Source: Candidatus Marinacidobacterium sp.
GTDB taxonomy: Bacteria; Acidobacteriota; Vicinamibacteria; Marinacidobacterales; Marinacidobacteraceae
Assembly: GCA_965204755.1 (NCBI GenBank)
Contig: OZ242011.1
Location: 704,001 to 768,000, forward strand
Reading direction: 5' to 3'
Length of the DNA stretch: 64,000 bases
Of the stretch, positions 30,701-39,725 are shown one piece after another. The notes under the pieces are model-generated. The model was not told the origin of the DNA. It was given only the letters and a program-made list of their open reading frames with translations, and ran no database searches. The translations under genes and the position numbers were made by a program. Position 1 is the stretch's first letter, and the number at the start of each line of letters is the position of its first letter.

Positions 30701-33247
30701 GTCGTGGAGCGCGCGCTTCCGGCGCAGGTAGTCGAGAGCGCCGGCGATGCCGTCCCGCAACCGGTCCGGCGCGACGCGGAGCCGGTGCGCCCGCTCCACG
30801 ATCCACGGGTGGGAATCCTCGAGCCCGGCGTAGTCCACCCGCATCCGCCCCCACGGCTCCAGCCCCACGGCCTGCCGCGACGAAACCGTCACTTCGCCGA
30901 GCACCTGGAACCGCAGGTACTTCTTCCGCTCGCGCCGGTGCCGGACGGCGGAGCCCGCCCGGCGCTCCACGGCCCATACCTCCGGTATGAGCGCCCGCGA
31001 CAGCGCTTCGTCCTTCTCAAGCACATCCTCGAGATGACCCACGAGGTCGCCGACGGCGCGCTTCCCCGCTTTCATACCCTCCGCCATCAGCGCGCGGAGG
31101 CGGAACCGGCGGGCGTGATCCCTCATCCAGCCGGCCTGGAACGCCGCGTCCTGCCGGTTGTCGCAGAACACGAGCAGCCGGCGGCGGTCGGCGTGGTGCA
31201 CCAGGTCCTGGGTCAGCACATGCACATCGGCCACGGTTACCGCCCGCACCGCGCGCGCCGGCTCCCGCGGCTTCCCGTGCGCCCTCCCGCGCGGCGCCCG
31301 GCAGGACACGCAACTCGTCAGGGCGCCGGGCTCGCCCTTCTTCGAGCGCACCGCGTTCAGTTGCACCGGCGCCCCGGGCGCGCCGCACGCGCGGCAGCGG
31401 GCGAACTCGTCCGGTTGGGCGGCGCCGCAACGGCGGCAGAAGAACACCGGCGCGGCGCGGCCGCTCGTCGAGTCCCCTTCTCCTTCGTCCCCGCCGTCCT
31501 CGCCTTCCTCCGACCCGATCAGCCGGTCGAAGAGGAGCGCGCGCTTTCCCCCCTGCGCCCGTTCGAGGCGCGGCCAGACGGTTCCGTCGGCGCCCGCATC
31601 CCCGCCGCCGGGACGCTTCGCGGTGAACTCGAAGTCCTTGAGGAACGCCTCGAAGTAGTGCTGGCCGCAGGTGGTGCAGGTGAGCACCGGGAAATGCGCG
31701 ATGCCGGGATCCTTCCCCTTCCCTTCCGCGATGTCCTCCGCGGCGAGCCACAACTTCGGTTCGTTCGAGTCGTCGGGAAACGAAACGACCGCGCCGCCGA
31801 TGCCGCGCGCGAACAGGTGGAGCACCGGCCGGAGCAGCGGACGCCCCCCGCTCCGCGCCGCCGCGCCGAGCGTGAGCCACGCGAGGATCTCCGCTTCGGT
31901 AACGGGCCGGCCCAGCCGTTTCCCCAGCGCCTCCGGCAACTCCGCGAGCGGTCGCGCGACCGCCAGTTCCTCGCTCAACCCGAACGCGAACTCGCTCCGG
32001 GAGAGCGCGCCGTGGAGCGCCGCCGGCCATTCCGCCTCCGCGCCGCCGCCGCCGACCGGCAACTTCGTCCCGGCGAGCGAGCGATACACCGCGGCGACTT
32101 CGCCAGCCGCGTCCCCATTCCCCTCGCCGTTCCCCTCGACGGCGCGCACCGCCCGCTCCAGGATCGCCCCGGTATCCCCGGCGGGCGCCTTCGGGACCGT
32201 CCGGGCCTCCGCCCATACCTCTTCTTCGTAGTCCTCCGCGACGGTCTCCACTTCCTCCGCGGGAACGCCGAAGAACCGGGACGCGAACCGCCGCGCCGCG
32301 TCCGGTTCCCGCGAGTCCACGATGGTCGCGGAAGTGGCGATGCCGGTCGTCTCGTCCGGCGCGGCCCGGCAATAGGCGCGAAGCCGCCGGATGAGGCAGG
32401 CGGTCTCGGCGCCGAACGCCCCGGTGAAGGTATGCGCCTCGTCGAACACCAGGTAGTCGAGCCGCGCGTCCCGGAACAGTTCGGCATCCTGCTGCCGCGT
32501 GAGCAGGAGTTCGAGTTGCTTCACATTCGTGAGCAGGATGCGCGGCTGCCTCCCCGCCGTCCGCATCACTTCCCGCGAACGCGCTTCCTCCGCCGGACAG
32601 ACGGTTTCGCCCTTCCCGGCGCGCTGCGCCTTCCTGAGCCGCGCCAGGTAATCCTCCCGAGAACTCCCGGCCGGCAGCGCGACGCCCGCCACTTCCGCCT
32701 CCGTCTCCGGCGTCTTCCCGACATACAGCCCGAAGGGAATGCGCGTCCCGGCGAGCAGCGACCGCAGCCGCATCAACTGGTCGTCCGCCAGCGCGTTCAT
32801 CGGATAGACGATGACCGCGCTGATCCCCGGCGCCGCGCCTTCGTCCCGAAGTTCCAGGCAGCGGCTCACGACCGGGTAGAGGAAACACTCGGTCTTCCCG
32901 GAACCGGTGCCGGTGGAAACCAGCGTGGTCTTCCCGGCGGCGATGGCGCGGATCGCCTTCTCCTGGTGCCCGTAGAGCCGCGTAACCTGCTCCGGCAGCC
33001 GATCCACCAAGTGCGGGTGGAGCAGCCCTTCCGCCACGAGTCCGGAGAGCGCCGCCCCCGGCCGAAACGGCCGCGACAGGCTGATGTACGGCCCCTTGAG
33101 CAGCGGCGACCGCCGCGTCTCGTCGAGCGACAGCAACTCCTTCATCTGCGCGTGCAGGTGCGGCGCGGCGAAGGGATACGCGGTGAGTTGGTACCGGAGG
33201 AAACTCCGCACCACCTTGTCGGTATACGCGACCGGATTCAGCGCCAT
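27785..33247 (-). CDS. YprA/MrfA-like DEAH helicase with DUF1998 zinc domain and C-terminal Vsr/DUF559-like nuclease (DrmA+DrmB-like fusion)
   Basis: TGTGSGKT, YPMNALADDQ, FDEAH, TSAT, TLELGIDIG, QRAGRAGR; CPAVCEASCVDCL; C-terminal TPD..IYLDG..HLHG..D...LRSDGWEVLEI. Confidence 0.88.
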   Translation of the reverse strand: MALNPVAYTDKVVRSFLRYQLTAYPFAAPHLHAQMKELLSLDETRRSPLLKGPYISLSRPFRPGAALSGLVAEGLLHPHLVDRLPEQVTRLYGHQEKAIRAIAAGKTTLVSTGTGSGKTECFLYPVVSRCLELRDEGAAPGISAVIVYPMNALADDQLMRLRSLLAGTRIPFGLYVGKTPETEAEVAGVALPAGSSREDYLARLRKAQRAGKGETVCPAEEARSREVMRTAGRQPRILLTNVKQLELLLTRQQDAELFRDARLDYLVFDEAHTFTGAFGAETACLIRRLRAYCRAAPDETTGIATSATIVDSREPDAARRFASRFFGVPAEEVETVAEDYEEEVWAEARTVPKAPAGDTGAILERAVRAVEGNGEGNGDAAGEVAAVYRSLAGTKLPVGGGGAEAEWPAALHGALSRSEFAFGLSEELAVARPLAELPEALGKRLGRPVTEAEILAWLTLGAAARSGGRPLLRPVLHLFARGIGGAVVSFPDDSNEPKLWLAAEDIAEGKGKDPGIAHFPVLTCTTCGQHYFEAFLKDFEFTAKRPGGGDAGADGTVWPRLERAQGGKRALLFDRLIGSEEGEDGGDEGEGDSTSGRAAPVFFCRRCGAAQPDEFARCRACGAPGAPVQLNAVRSKKGEPGALTSCVSCRAPRGRAHGKPREPARAVRAVTVADVHVLTQDLVHHADRRRLLVFCDNRQDAAFQAGWMRDHARRFRLRALMAEGMKAGKRAVGDLVGHLEDVLEKDEALSRALIPEVWAVERRAGSAVRHRRERKKYLRFQVLGEVTVSSRQAVGLEPWGRMRVDYAGLEDSHPWIVERAHRLRVAPDRLRDGIAGALDYLRRKRALHDEEYGIFGRYWMDGDLEVQQGYLRHSSGPTATKLRREPGAEMEKEVITPWLSRAGDTTLRQLAGKWEAETDDIEPLLTELFDFLVELRLLVRVKLVGSKGRRLPGVSDEYQVDADRLLLKPIRGVHRCRKCRRRFGWAQPRDRCPAWRCPGTLEWVEEEKDNYDLALLDGAYSMLRPAEHTAMVPNDERERLENLFKGGSEAVNCLVCTPTLELGIDIGRLDSVLMRNVPPLPANYWQRAGRAGRRHRMAVDLTYCRPVSHDRAYFDAPEKLLSGRIDPPAFHLRNGEMVAKHVHATVIARLHRIAGDPARPEEERNAVHAALDECLPRRVTPYLFDGRELRSEPFDFAPLRRVIERNAEDLEAEARRVFEQGWPEDASVPVTPDRIAARVAEFADRLEEVVRRLARRLDWAMRQIRRLNARRSKQGTLDPADESLFRRCDSAVRRLKGAKRGRKQAEGHDDSNTFSVLAAEGFLPGYGLEVGSVIGYAEVPSWFPDHGDFTLPRPPSAAVREYVPGNLIYANGRRFVARRFRREPGEEREETAYYEVSTERQALRPSVRGEGSLLAGQSLPTISVCDTDLIHASHISDEEEHRFQLPVAVYGIERNQYDGGKAYRWGPQAVFHRRGVRLRLVNVGVSGDDEGRGLGYPLCVVCGQSVSPFSSERQRRKFREDHAERCGRAPKNTGFYADAVADALSLPECEDAETAYGVLEALRLAAARCLDMHREDLQILVIGDVVEDHKNALLWDPMPGGSGLLDRLLAGFGEIAEAAREIVSACPAVCEASCVDCLQYFRNAYYHRHLDRRRVIECFDEWGTGLAETHQIPPSAPAPEPEEGAVPVNEAETRLQRLLRAAGFGEGVRGEQIRLGLPLGATTPDVIYRTGEPDEGVCIYLDGLSRHLHGNPETAEKDGHIRSRLRSDGWEVLEISANQLHDRDAMERHFRRLANYLSKPDLRKKLRDDPTWFPPEEPSD

Positions 33248-33318
33248 TACGATTCGATGTCCTCGATGATATCAGTTGCGGCTGCTAATGGCCTCAGTTG
33301 CATCCACCTTCATCCGCT

Positions 33319-34008
33319 TCACGGGTTCTCAGCGACGTCTGGACGACTGCTGGCAAAGCAACTATCCGCTATCTTTTGCGGGATGAAGGAACAGATCGTG
33401 CATTGCGCCTCAAACCTGAGCAGCTCCGTGTCGTCGTTTGCCGACTGCGTTACGACACCGACCACACACAACTCCCCATGTTTCTTTCCTTCGACGACTA
33501 CAGGGGCACCGCTCATTCCGCGTGGAACCGGACGATCGACGACAAACTGCTCCTTCCGATCGTCTTTCTGGAGGACCTCCTTCTCTTCTCTGCTCCAGTT
33601 TCCGACATACGACATGCGACCGCCGAAAATGAACGGAAAAGTGCGTTCGAATACATACCTGTTTAGGGTAGCCGGGAAACCCGGAATCAGTACTTCTTTC
33701 CCATGAGCGGACACCGTCCGGTCAACAGAAAGCACGAGATCGTTTCGCGTTGGCCGCATCGGCGCGAAGGCGATGTCAAGATCGCGTAGGACTTGAAATG
33801 ACGACCGAGAAAGACGAATCCACTCATTGGTTGAGTAGTAGACGCCCAGTTCCGGATTACCGTCGCTTTCAAGACAGTGAGCAGCCGTTACGAGAAAGTC
33901 ACTCTGGCCACTCTTTGTGGGCAGAAAGAACGCGGTCCCGAAATTCTCTCCGCACCGGATTCGCAGAGTTCGCATGAGCACCGGAGCGGTCGGGACAAGT
34001 CCCATCAC
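33319..34008 (-). CDS. Cytoplasmic trypsin-like serine protease
   Basis: GTAFF, VTAAHC, DIAF and GMSGAPV give a full triad; no signal peptide; lower GC. Confidence 0.8.
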   Translation of the reverse strand: MMGLVPTAPVLMRTLRIRCGENFGTAFFLPTKSGQSDFLVTAAHCLESDGNPELGVYYSTNEWIRLSRSSFQVLRDLDIAFAPMRPTRNDLVLSVDRTVSAHGKEVLIPGFPATLNRYVFERTFPFIFGGRMSYVGNWSREEKEVLQKDDRKEQFVVDRPVPRGMSGAPVVVEGKKHGELCVVGVVTQSANDDTELLRFEAQCTICSFIPQKIADSCFASSRPDVAENP

Positions 34009-34191
34009 TTCCTCCTCCCACCATCACGCAGCGTGCGAATGTCCGGGCCTCGGCCTTGATGGTGGAGGACACCCTCTCCACTCGGAATGTGAACGACTGT
34101 TCGGCGATATGGCGAAAGCACGGTTACGGCCACTCCTTCGGTGGGACAGTAGGTATCACAGTGACACCGGATGCTAGAATGATATCTCAGG

Positions 34192-35364
34192 GTGGCAAGG
34201 GGGGCCGCACTCCCGGAGAGTCTCGTGTCCGCAGAGAACCACATCCCGGCCAACCTGGCCCGGTTGCGGCTGGATCGGGGGTTGACGCAGGCGCAACTCG
34301 CCGAGAAGGCCGGGATCTCCCGGGTCGCCGTGGGGAAGATCGAGCGGGGCGCCGTGCTCCCGAAGACGACCACGACGGCGCTGCTGGCGCGGGCGCTCCG
34401 CACCTCCTACGGCGACCTCGTTCTCCCGGTCCGGCCCCTCCGGAGCGTCAGGTTCCGGGCGCGGGCCCGGGTGCACGGCCGGGAGCAGATCCTCGCGGAA
34501 GTGTCCCGGTGGCTGGACGGCTACTCGATGCTCGAGGACGTCCTCGACGACCGGCGCCCTTTCCGCTTCGGGGCAGCGCGGCGGAAACGGCGCGCACCGG
34601 ACCCGGCGGCGGCCGCCCGCGCCGCCCGGAAGGCGGCCGGTCTCGGCCCGGATGCCCCCATCGTGGACATCTGCCGACTGGTGGAGGAGAACGGCGTCAA
34701 GGTCCTTCCGCTCAACAAACAGCGGGAGTCGTTCTTCGGCCTCAGCGTCGGGCCGGTGGACGGCGGGCCGGCGGTCGTGGCGAACACTTGGGATCGAATC
34801 TCCGTCGAGCGGTGGATCTTCACCGTCGCCCAAGAACTCGGCCATCTGCTGCTCCACCCGCGCGAGTACGAGGCGGCGGTCAAGGACCATCCCGTTTCCG
34901 CGGAACGGGAAGCGGACGCCTTCGCCGCCGAATTCCTCATGCCCGAGGCCGCCTTCGGGCCGGCGTGGGACGCCTTCGCCGGCTACCCGCTGGTGGACCG
35001 CGTCCTCCGGGTCAAGCGCGCGTTCCGCGTCAGTTACCGGGCGGTGCTGTACCGGCTCGTGGCCATCGGCCGCGAGACGCCCGACCTCTGGGCCGCGTTC
35101 CAGCGGCAGTACCGAGACCGCCACGGACGAGCGCTCGGCAGCGTGGACGAACCGAACGCGCTCGCGGAGAGCGCCTTCTCCTGGCGGTGGCGCCGCGCCG
35201 AGGAGCCCGTCGCGCTGACGGAATTCGACTTCATGGAGACCCGACTGCACCGTCTCGTCCGGCGAGCGCTGGTCGAGGGCGAGGTCTCCATGAGCCGCGG
35301 CGCGGAAATCCTGGGACTCCCGCTGGAGGACCTGCGGAAGTGGGTCCGAGGCTGGGGCCGGTAG
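34192..35364 (+). CDS. XRE-HTH + ImmA/IrrE metallopeptidase fusion, paralog 1 (QELGH instead of HELGH)
   Basis: GLTQAQLAEKAGISR HTH; FTVAQELGHLLLH; EREADAFAAEFLMP. Alternative start GTG 34225. Confidence 0.88.
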   Translation: MARGAALPESLVSAENHIPANLARLRLDRGLTQAQLAEKAGISRVAVGKIERGAVLPKTTTTALLARALRTSYGDLVLPVRPLRSVRFRARARVHGREQILAEVSRWLDGYSMLEDVLDDRRPFRFGAARRKRRAPDPAAAARAARKAAGLGPDAPIVDICRLVEENGVKVLPLNKQRESFFGLSVGPVDGGPAVVANTWDRISVERWIFTVAQELGHLLLHPREYEAAVKDHPVSAEREADAFAAEFLMPEAAFGPAWDAFAGYPLVDRVLRVKRAFRVSYRAVLYRLVAIGRETPDLWAAFQRQYRDRHGRALGSVDEPNALAESAFSWRWRRAEEPVALTEFDFMETRLHRLVRRALVEGEVSMSRGAEILGLPLEDLRKWVRGWGR

Positions 35365-35455
35365 GCGATCCGTCGCCGGCGAGATGATTTTCATGTTGCC
35401 GAAATCAGGAAAGGATGATAGACTCACTTCCGAGGAAGCGCAAGGAGGCGTCACC

Positions 35456-36592
35456 GTGGGGAAAAGCCCCGTGGGCGCGAATCTCGCCCGGCTCCGCGTG
35501 GACCGCGGGCTGACCCAGGCCGCCCTCGCAGCGAAGGCCGGGGTGTCCCGGGTCGCGATCGGACAGGCCGAGAGGGGCGATGTCGTCCCCCGGACCCAGA
35601 CGCTGCTCGACTTGGCGAGCGCGCTCGACACCACCCTCGGGGACTTGCTGACGCCGGTGCGCCCGCTCCGGAGCGTCCGGTTCCGGGCGCATGCGCGGAT
35701 GAAGGGCCGCGAGCAGGTCCTGGCCGAGGTCTCCAAGTGGCTCGATTCCTACCGGATGCTCGAACGCATGCTCGACGAACGCCGGCACTTCGGCTTCGCC
35801 TCGGTCGTCCGCCGGGGCGGCGACACCGAGCCGGAGGAAGTCGCCCGACAGGCCCGTCGCGCCATCTCCCTCGACGAGGACGCCCCGATCCCGGACATCT
35901 GCTGGATCCTCGACGACCACGGGGTCAAGGTCCACCTGATGGACAAGAAGCGCGAGTCGTTCTTCGGCCTCAGCGTGGGCGCGGAAGACGGAGGCCCGGC
36001 CGTGGTCGTGAACACCTGGAACCGGATCTCGGTCGAACGGTGGATCTTCACGGCCGCGCACGAACTCGGTCACCTGCTGCTCCATTCCGACCAGTACGAC
36101 CCCGAAGCGACGGAACACCCCGATTCGTCGGAAAAGGAGGCCGACCAATTCGCCGGGGAGTTCCTGATGCCGGAAGCCGCCTTCGCACGGGCTTGGGACG
36201 CGACGCGGGGGCGTTCGTTCGTCACGCGCGTGCTCATGGTCAAACGGATGTTCCGCGTCAGTTACCGGACCGTGCTCTATCGGCTCATGGCCACGGGCCG
36301 CAGGACGCCCGATGTGTGGAAGTCGTTCCAGATCGAGCATCAGCGCCGCTTTGGTAAGACGCTCCGCGGGGCCGACGAACCGCAACCGCTCACCGAGAGC
36401 GACTTCGCTTGGCGGTGGCGGCGCGCGGACGAGCCGGCGAGGTTGACGGAGCACGACTTTCTCGGCGACCGCCTGCGTGGCATGGTTCGTTTGGCGCTGG
36501 AGCGCGACCGTCTTTCGCTGGGCCGCGCCGCAGAGGTGATGGGGATGCATCTCGAGGATGTGAGAGAGTGGGTCGTCGAATGGGCGCGGTAG
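35456..36592 (+). CDS. XRE-HTH + ImmA/IrrE metallopeptidase fusion, paralog 2
   Basis: GGAGG RBS before GTG 35456; HTH; AAHELGHLLLH; EKEADQFAGEFLMP. Confidence 0.9.
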   Translation: MGKSPVGANLARLRVDRGLTQAALAAKAGVSRVAIGQAERGDVVPRTQTLLDLASALDTTLGDLLTPVRPLRSVRFRAHARMKGREQVLAEVSKWLDSYRMLERMLDERRHFGFASVVRRGGDTEPEEVARQARRAISLDEDAPIPDICWILDDHGVKVHLMDKKRESFFGLSVGAEDGGPAVVVNTWNRISVERWIFTAAHELGHLLLHSDQYDPEATEHPDSSEKEADQFAGEFLMPEAAFARAWDATRGRSFVTRVLMVKRMFRVSYRTVLYRLMATGRRTPDVWKSFQIEHQRRFGKTLRGADEPQPLTESDFAWRWRRADEPARLTEHDFLGDRLRGMVRLALERDRLSLGRAAEVMGMHLEDVREWVVEWAR

Positions 36593-37098
36593 GTGGCGCC
36601 GCCCCGAAACCCGGTCTTCTCGCGGACGCCAATGTCGTCATCGACTACGCCAACTCCGACATCGAGATCCTGACTCTCGTGGGCGCGCGGATCGGCCCCC
36701 TCGCGGTGGCGGCGTCCGTGTTCAACGAAGTGCGGCAAGTGACACGCGAGGACTGTGACCGACTCGGAATCTCCGTGATCACAACTACGGACGAGCAAGG
36801 CGCTCGCGCCCTGGTGATGGAATCGGCCTGCTCGTTCCACGACCGCTTGGCCTTCATCATCTGCCAAGACGAGGGGCGGGTCTGTGTAACCAACGACCGC
36901 GGCCTACAGGAACTCTGTGAGGCGAACGGCGTACCGACCCGATTCGGCCTCGGCTTGATGATCGACCTCGTTCGCTGCGGCGCCCTCGATCCGGATCGCG
37001 CGTTGGCGGTCTCCCAACAGATCGGGGTGACCAACCCGCTGTTCATCAACGAAAAAGTCCTCGGTCAGTTCGCCGAGGCGCTCGCCGCCCTCAACTGA
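36580..37098 (+). CDS. PIN-domain protein (DUF3368-like) coupled to ImmA paralog 2
   Basis: LLADANVVIDY, VFNEV, SFHD and VTNDRGL acidic PIN pattern; overlaps the upstream stop. Confidence 0.8.
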   Translation: MGAVGGAAPKPGLLADANVVIDYANSDIEILTLVGARIGPLAVAASVFNEVRQVTREDCDRLGISVITTTDEQGARALVMESACSFHDRLAFIICQDEGRVCVTNDRGLQELCEANGVPTRFGLGLMIDLVRCGALDPDRALAVSQQIGVTNPLFINEKVLGQFAEALAALN

Positions 37099-37160
37099 CG
37101 CCGACGGCCCGAAGGCGGGCCCTTACCGAAGACCGCGCGTGTGACGCTGCTCCGGGATGG

Positions 37161-37608
37161 AGCCGTCGCCGGCCATCACGCGGAGGCGCGTGAGGCCGCA
37201 CGGGTCGGGCTCCGGGTGCTTGCCAAGCGCCATACGACGGGTGCTCCCACACCGGCCCCGGCCGCCTTGCGCCCTAGAAGTCGGTTCTCGGCAGGGTGTC
37301 CGACAGGGCCTTTTCTCCCGCGAGGTCAGCGACCAGTGCCTCGACCCGCCGCCTCCACTCTGGATCCGGGGAACAAATCGCCCTGATCTCGCCAGTATCG
37401 GTCTGGAACACCATGAAGAACCGGCCTTCGTCGTCTTTCTCGAATTGAACGAGATTCTTCGGATCGATTCCGTGCACTTCCAGAACCTTCGGGATCAACT
37501 CATCGAGGAAGCGCTTGAATGTGTTGGACGCGATGGCGAGCGGAAACTCGTGAATGACTTGGGGCTCCTCCGGAGTGTAGCCGTCGCCGGCCATCACGCT
37601 GAGGCGCG
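37161..37608. repeat. 30-bp direct repeat pair (37161-37190 and 37579-37608)
   Basis: AGCCGTCGCCGGCCATCACGC(G/T)GAGGCGCG, one mismatch. Confidence 0.85.
37274..37594 (-). CDS. Hypothetical protein, 106 aa
   Basis: MAGDGYTPEEPQVIHEFPLAI...; globular composition, lower GC. Confidence 0.55.
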   Translation of the reverse strand: MAGDGYTPEEPQVIHEFPLAIASNTFKRFLDELIPKVLEVHGIDPKNLVQFEKDDEGRFFMVFQTDTGEIRAICSPDPEWRRRVEALVADLAGEKALSDTLPRTDF

Positions 37609-38033
37609 CCGCCTTCGGTGCTCTCCTTCGGCGGGGTGCCTTCCGATTCCCGGGAGTCGTCCGACGAGGCCCCATCCGACCTCTCCGACAGATCTCTGGG
37701 CGGCAAGTCCTGCGGTCGATAGACACGCAGGCGCTTCGTGATGACGAGAGCGCCCGCCTCGCACAATTGCTTGACGGCGTGACCACCCGCAGGGAACCGG
37801 CCGATGGCGTCCTTCGGCTCCAGCGCCGCTACGGGTGAGGTGAGATTCTCCTTCACCAACTCCGCGAAGTGGGCGTAGACCGCCCCGATGAGTTTGGCAG
37901 GCGCGGGGTCATGCTCCCTGATGAGAGTCTCCAGTGCGATGCCCGGCTGTCGCTCGACGACATCCAGCAACGCACGCCCATGCTCGGTGAAACGGGCGCG
38001 GAACATGGCGTCCTTGAACGAAATCGTCTGCAT
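37500..38033 (-). CDS. Hypothetical protein (possible winged helix), C-terminal part doubtful
   Basis: Strong AAGGAGG RBS; first ~110 aa look globular; tail overlaps the next ORF. Confidence 0.55.
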   Translation of the reverse strand: MQTISFKDAMFRARFTEHGRALLDVVERQPGIALETLIREHDPAPAKLIGAVYAHFAELVKENLTSPVAALEPKDAIGRFPAGGHAVKQLCEAGALVITKRLRVYRPQDLPPRDLSERSDGASSDDSRESEGTPPKESTEGGAPQRDGRRRLHSGGAPSHSRVSARHRVQHIQALPR

Positions 38034-38202
38034 GATCCCTCCTTGGGAGTAGGAGCCGGAAGGCTACGCGCCACCCCCGCCGGCTCCGCCGCCACGACGG
38101 TGGCGCTCCCGTCGCGCCGCCTTGCCGTTGACCCCAAAGGGGCAGTGCGACGGGCCCGGCATCATGGAACGCTCCGGCCATTCTAGCAAGCCGTCGGAAG
38201 GG

Positions 38203-38331
38203 CGGCGGGGCCTGGGGTCCGCTGGCGGAGGCCGGGGGTCCGCCGGCGGAGGCCGGGGTTCCGGCGGCGGAGGCCGGGGGTCCGCCGGCGGAGGCCGGGG
38301 TTCCGGCGGCGGAGGCCGGGGTTCCGGCGGC
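38203..38331. repeat. 21-bp tandem repeat (VNTR), about 6 units
   Basis: GGCGGAGGCCGGGG(G/T)TCCG(C/G)C units in tandem. Confidence 0.85.
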
Positions 38332-38380
38332 TGGTGAGGCGGGAGCCGGGGCACCGGCGGCGGGTGGGCGGGGCCGGGGG

Positions 38381-39598
38381 TCATGGCCGGCGGGGCCGGA
38401 TGGTGAGGCGGAGTTCGTTGCCGAAGAGTTCGTACTCCGGGCGGCGGCCGGAGTGGGCCTCGCCGCGGTTCAGGATCGTGGTCACGCCCTCCCTCCGCCA
38501 CTCCATGAAGGCGCGGCCCGCGCGCCGGCTGTGGAGTTTCCGGAGGAAACCGACGAGGAGTTGGTTGCGGGTGAAGGTCCGGTAGGGCAACTCCTCGACG
38601 GTCAGGTCGTTCGGCGGTTTGCCCGGGCTGTGGATCTCCAGGCGGTCGGCATACAGGAAGAGGCGGATCTTCGCGCCGTGGATCGAGTAGTCGCGGTGCG
38701 CGACGGCGTTGACGACGGCCTCCGCGACGACATCCAGGTCATACGGCGCCGCGCCGCCCTCCGCGCCGTCGCCGCGGGACATGAAGCGGGCGACGAACGC
38801 CGTCGCGGCGTCTATCTGGTCGGCGACGCGGCCGGCGAGTCGCTCCTCGTGGACCGGTTGCCTCGACGACGACTCGACGCCGCCGTAGCAGGCCGCCTCG
38901 ATGAATGCGAACGGCAGGAAGTCCGTCGGGTCGCGCCCGAAGCACAGGAGACCCGCGACGGTGGGTCGGTCCCCGCCGTCCCCGTCCCGACCGGTCACCC
39001 CGGTGTTGCGCAGCAGGTCGAACCACGGGAGTTTCGGCGCCCGGCCGAAGAAGGCTTCCAGCCGTTTCCGGTCGAGGGCCTCCACCGACGCATCGAAGAC
39101 GACCTGCCGGTCGAACACGAAACGCCGTTCGCGTTCCCGGAACAGCCCTGCGAGTTCTTCCGTTGACAGGCGACTCGTCGTCGGGCCGGCGCGGGCGTAG
39201 CAGCGGCCGCCGGAAGTCCGGTGCACGAAGATGCCCCGGGGAACTTCCACGACGAGGACTCGACGCCATTCCTCCCCGTCCTCCCCGGACTCCCGAAGCC
39301 GCTCCGCCCGAATCGTCGGTCGGACGGGCGGGTCGCAATCGTTCGCCGCCACCTCGGCGACCCAGCGCCGCGCCTCGGCGGAGCGTTCTTCCGGCACGCC
39401 GACGACGCCCCCCGCCTCGTCCACGCCGAGCAGGAGCAGCCCGCCGTAGGCATTCGCCAGCGCCACGAGTTCGGCGGCGGCTTCTTCCCGCGAGGGAGCG
39501 ACGACTTCGCGTTCGTCCAGCCGGATTGCCGCGAACACCGTCGTCCCGTCCTCGCCTGTCCGAATCCGGGAGAGGACTTGCTCCGAGGTCTCGCGCAC
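38381..39598 (-). CDS. Schlafen/AlbA_2 domain + RecG-C/HATPase_c_4 protein
   Basis: LVALANAYGGLLLLGVDE, EAVVNAVAHRDYS, DRLEIHSPG, RNQLL. Confidence 0.85.
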   Translation of the reverse strand: MRETSEQVLSRIRTGEDGTTVFAAIRLDEREVVAPSREEAAAELVALANAYGGLLLLGVDEAGGVVGVPEERSAEARRWVAEVAANDCDPPVRPTIRAERLRESGEDGEEWRRVLVVEVPRGIFVHRTSGGRCYARAGPTTSRLSTEELAGLFRERERRFVFDRQVVFDASVEALDRKRLEAFFGRAPKLPWFDLLRNTGVTGRDGDGGDRPTVAGLLCFGRDPTDFLPFAFIEAACYGGVESSSRQPVHEERLAGRVADQIDAATAFVARFMSRGDGAEGGAAPYDLDVVAEAVVNAVAHRDYSIHGAKIRLFLYADRLEIHSPGKPPNDLTVEELPYRTFTRNQLLVGFLRKLHSRRAGRAFMEWRREGVTTILNRGEAHSGRRPEYELFGNELRLTIRPRRP

Positions 39599-39725
39599 CG
39601 TGTTCCGCTCCGGAGGCTAACGCGCTCCGGCGACCCACCGGGCGTCCGGCGACGGTCGGGCGCGACCCGCCACGGCCCGTTCCCGAAAAGTCTCTTTTCG
39701 ACTCACACGGTAGGATTGAAACATC

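Noticed and set aside
27749-33706. 1985-aa plus-strand ORF and other very long antisense ORFs (e.g. 845-2935, 48292-52062, 60861-63989)
   Set aside because: Shadow frames of real genes in high-GC DNA, with no recognisable motifs.
37106-37124. Intrinsic terminator after the PIN gene
   Set aside because: A 6-bp GC hairpin without a U-tract, which is expected by chance at this GC content.
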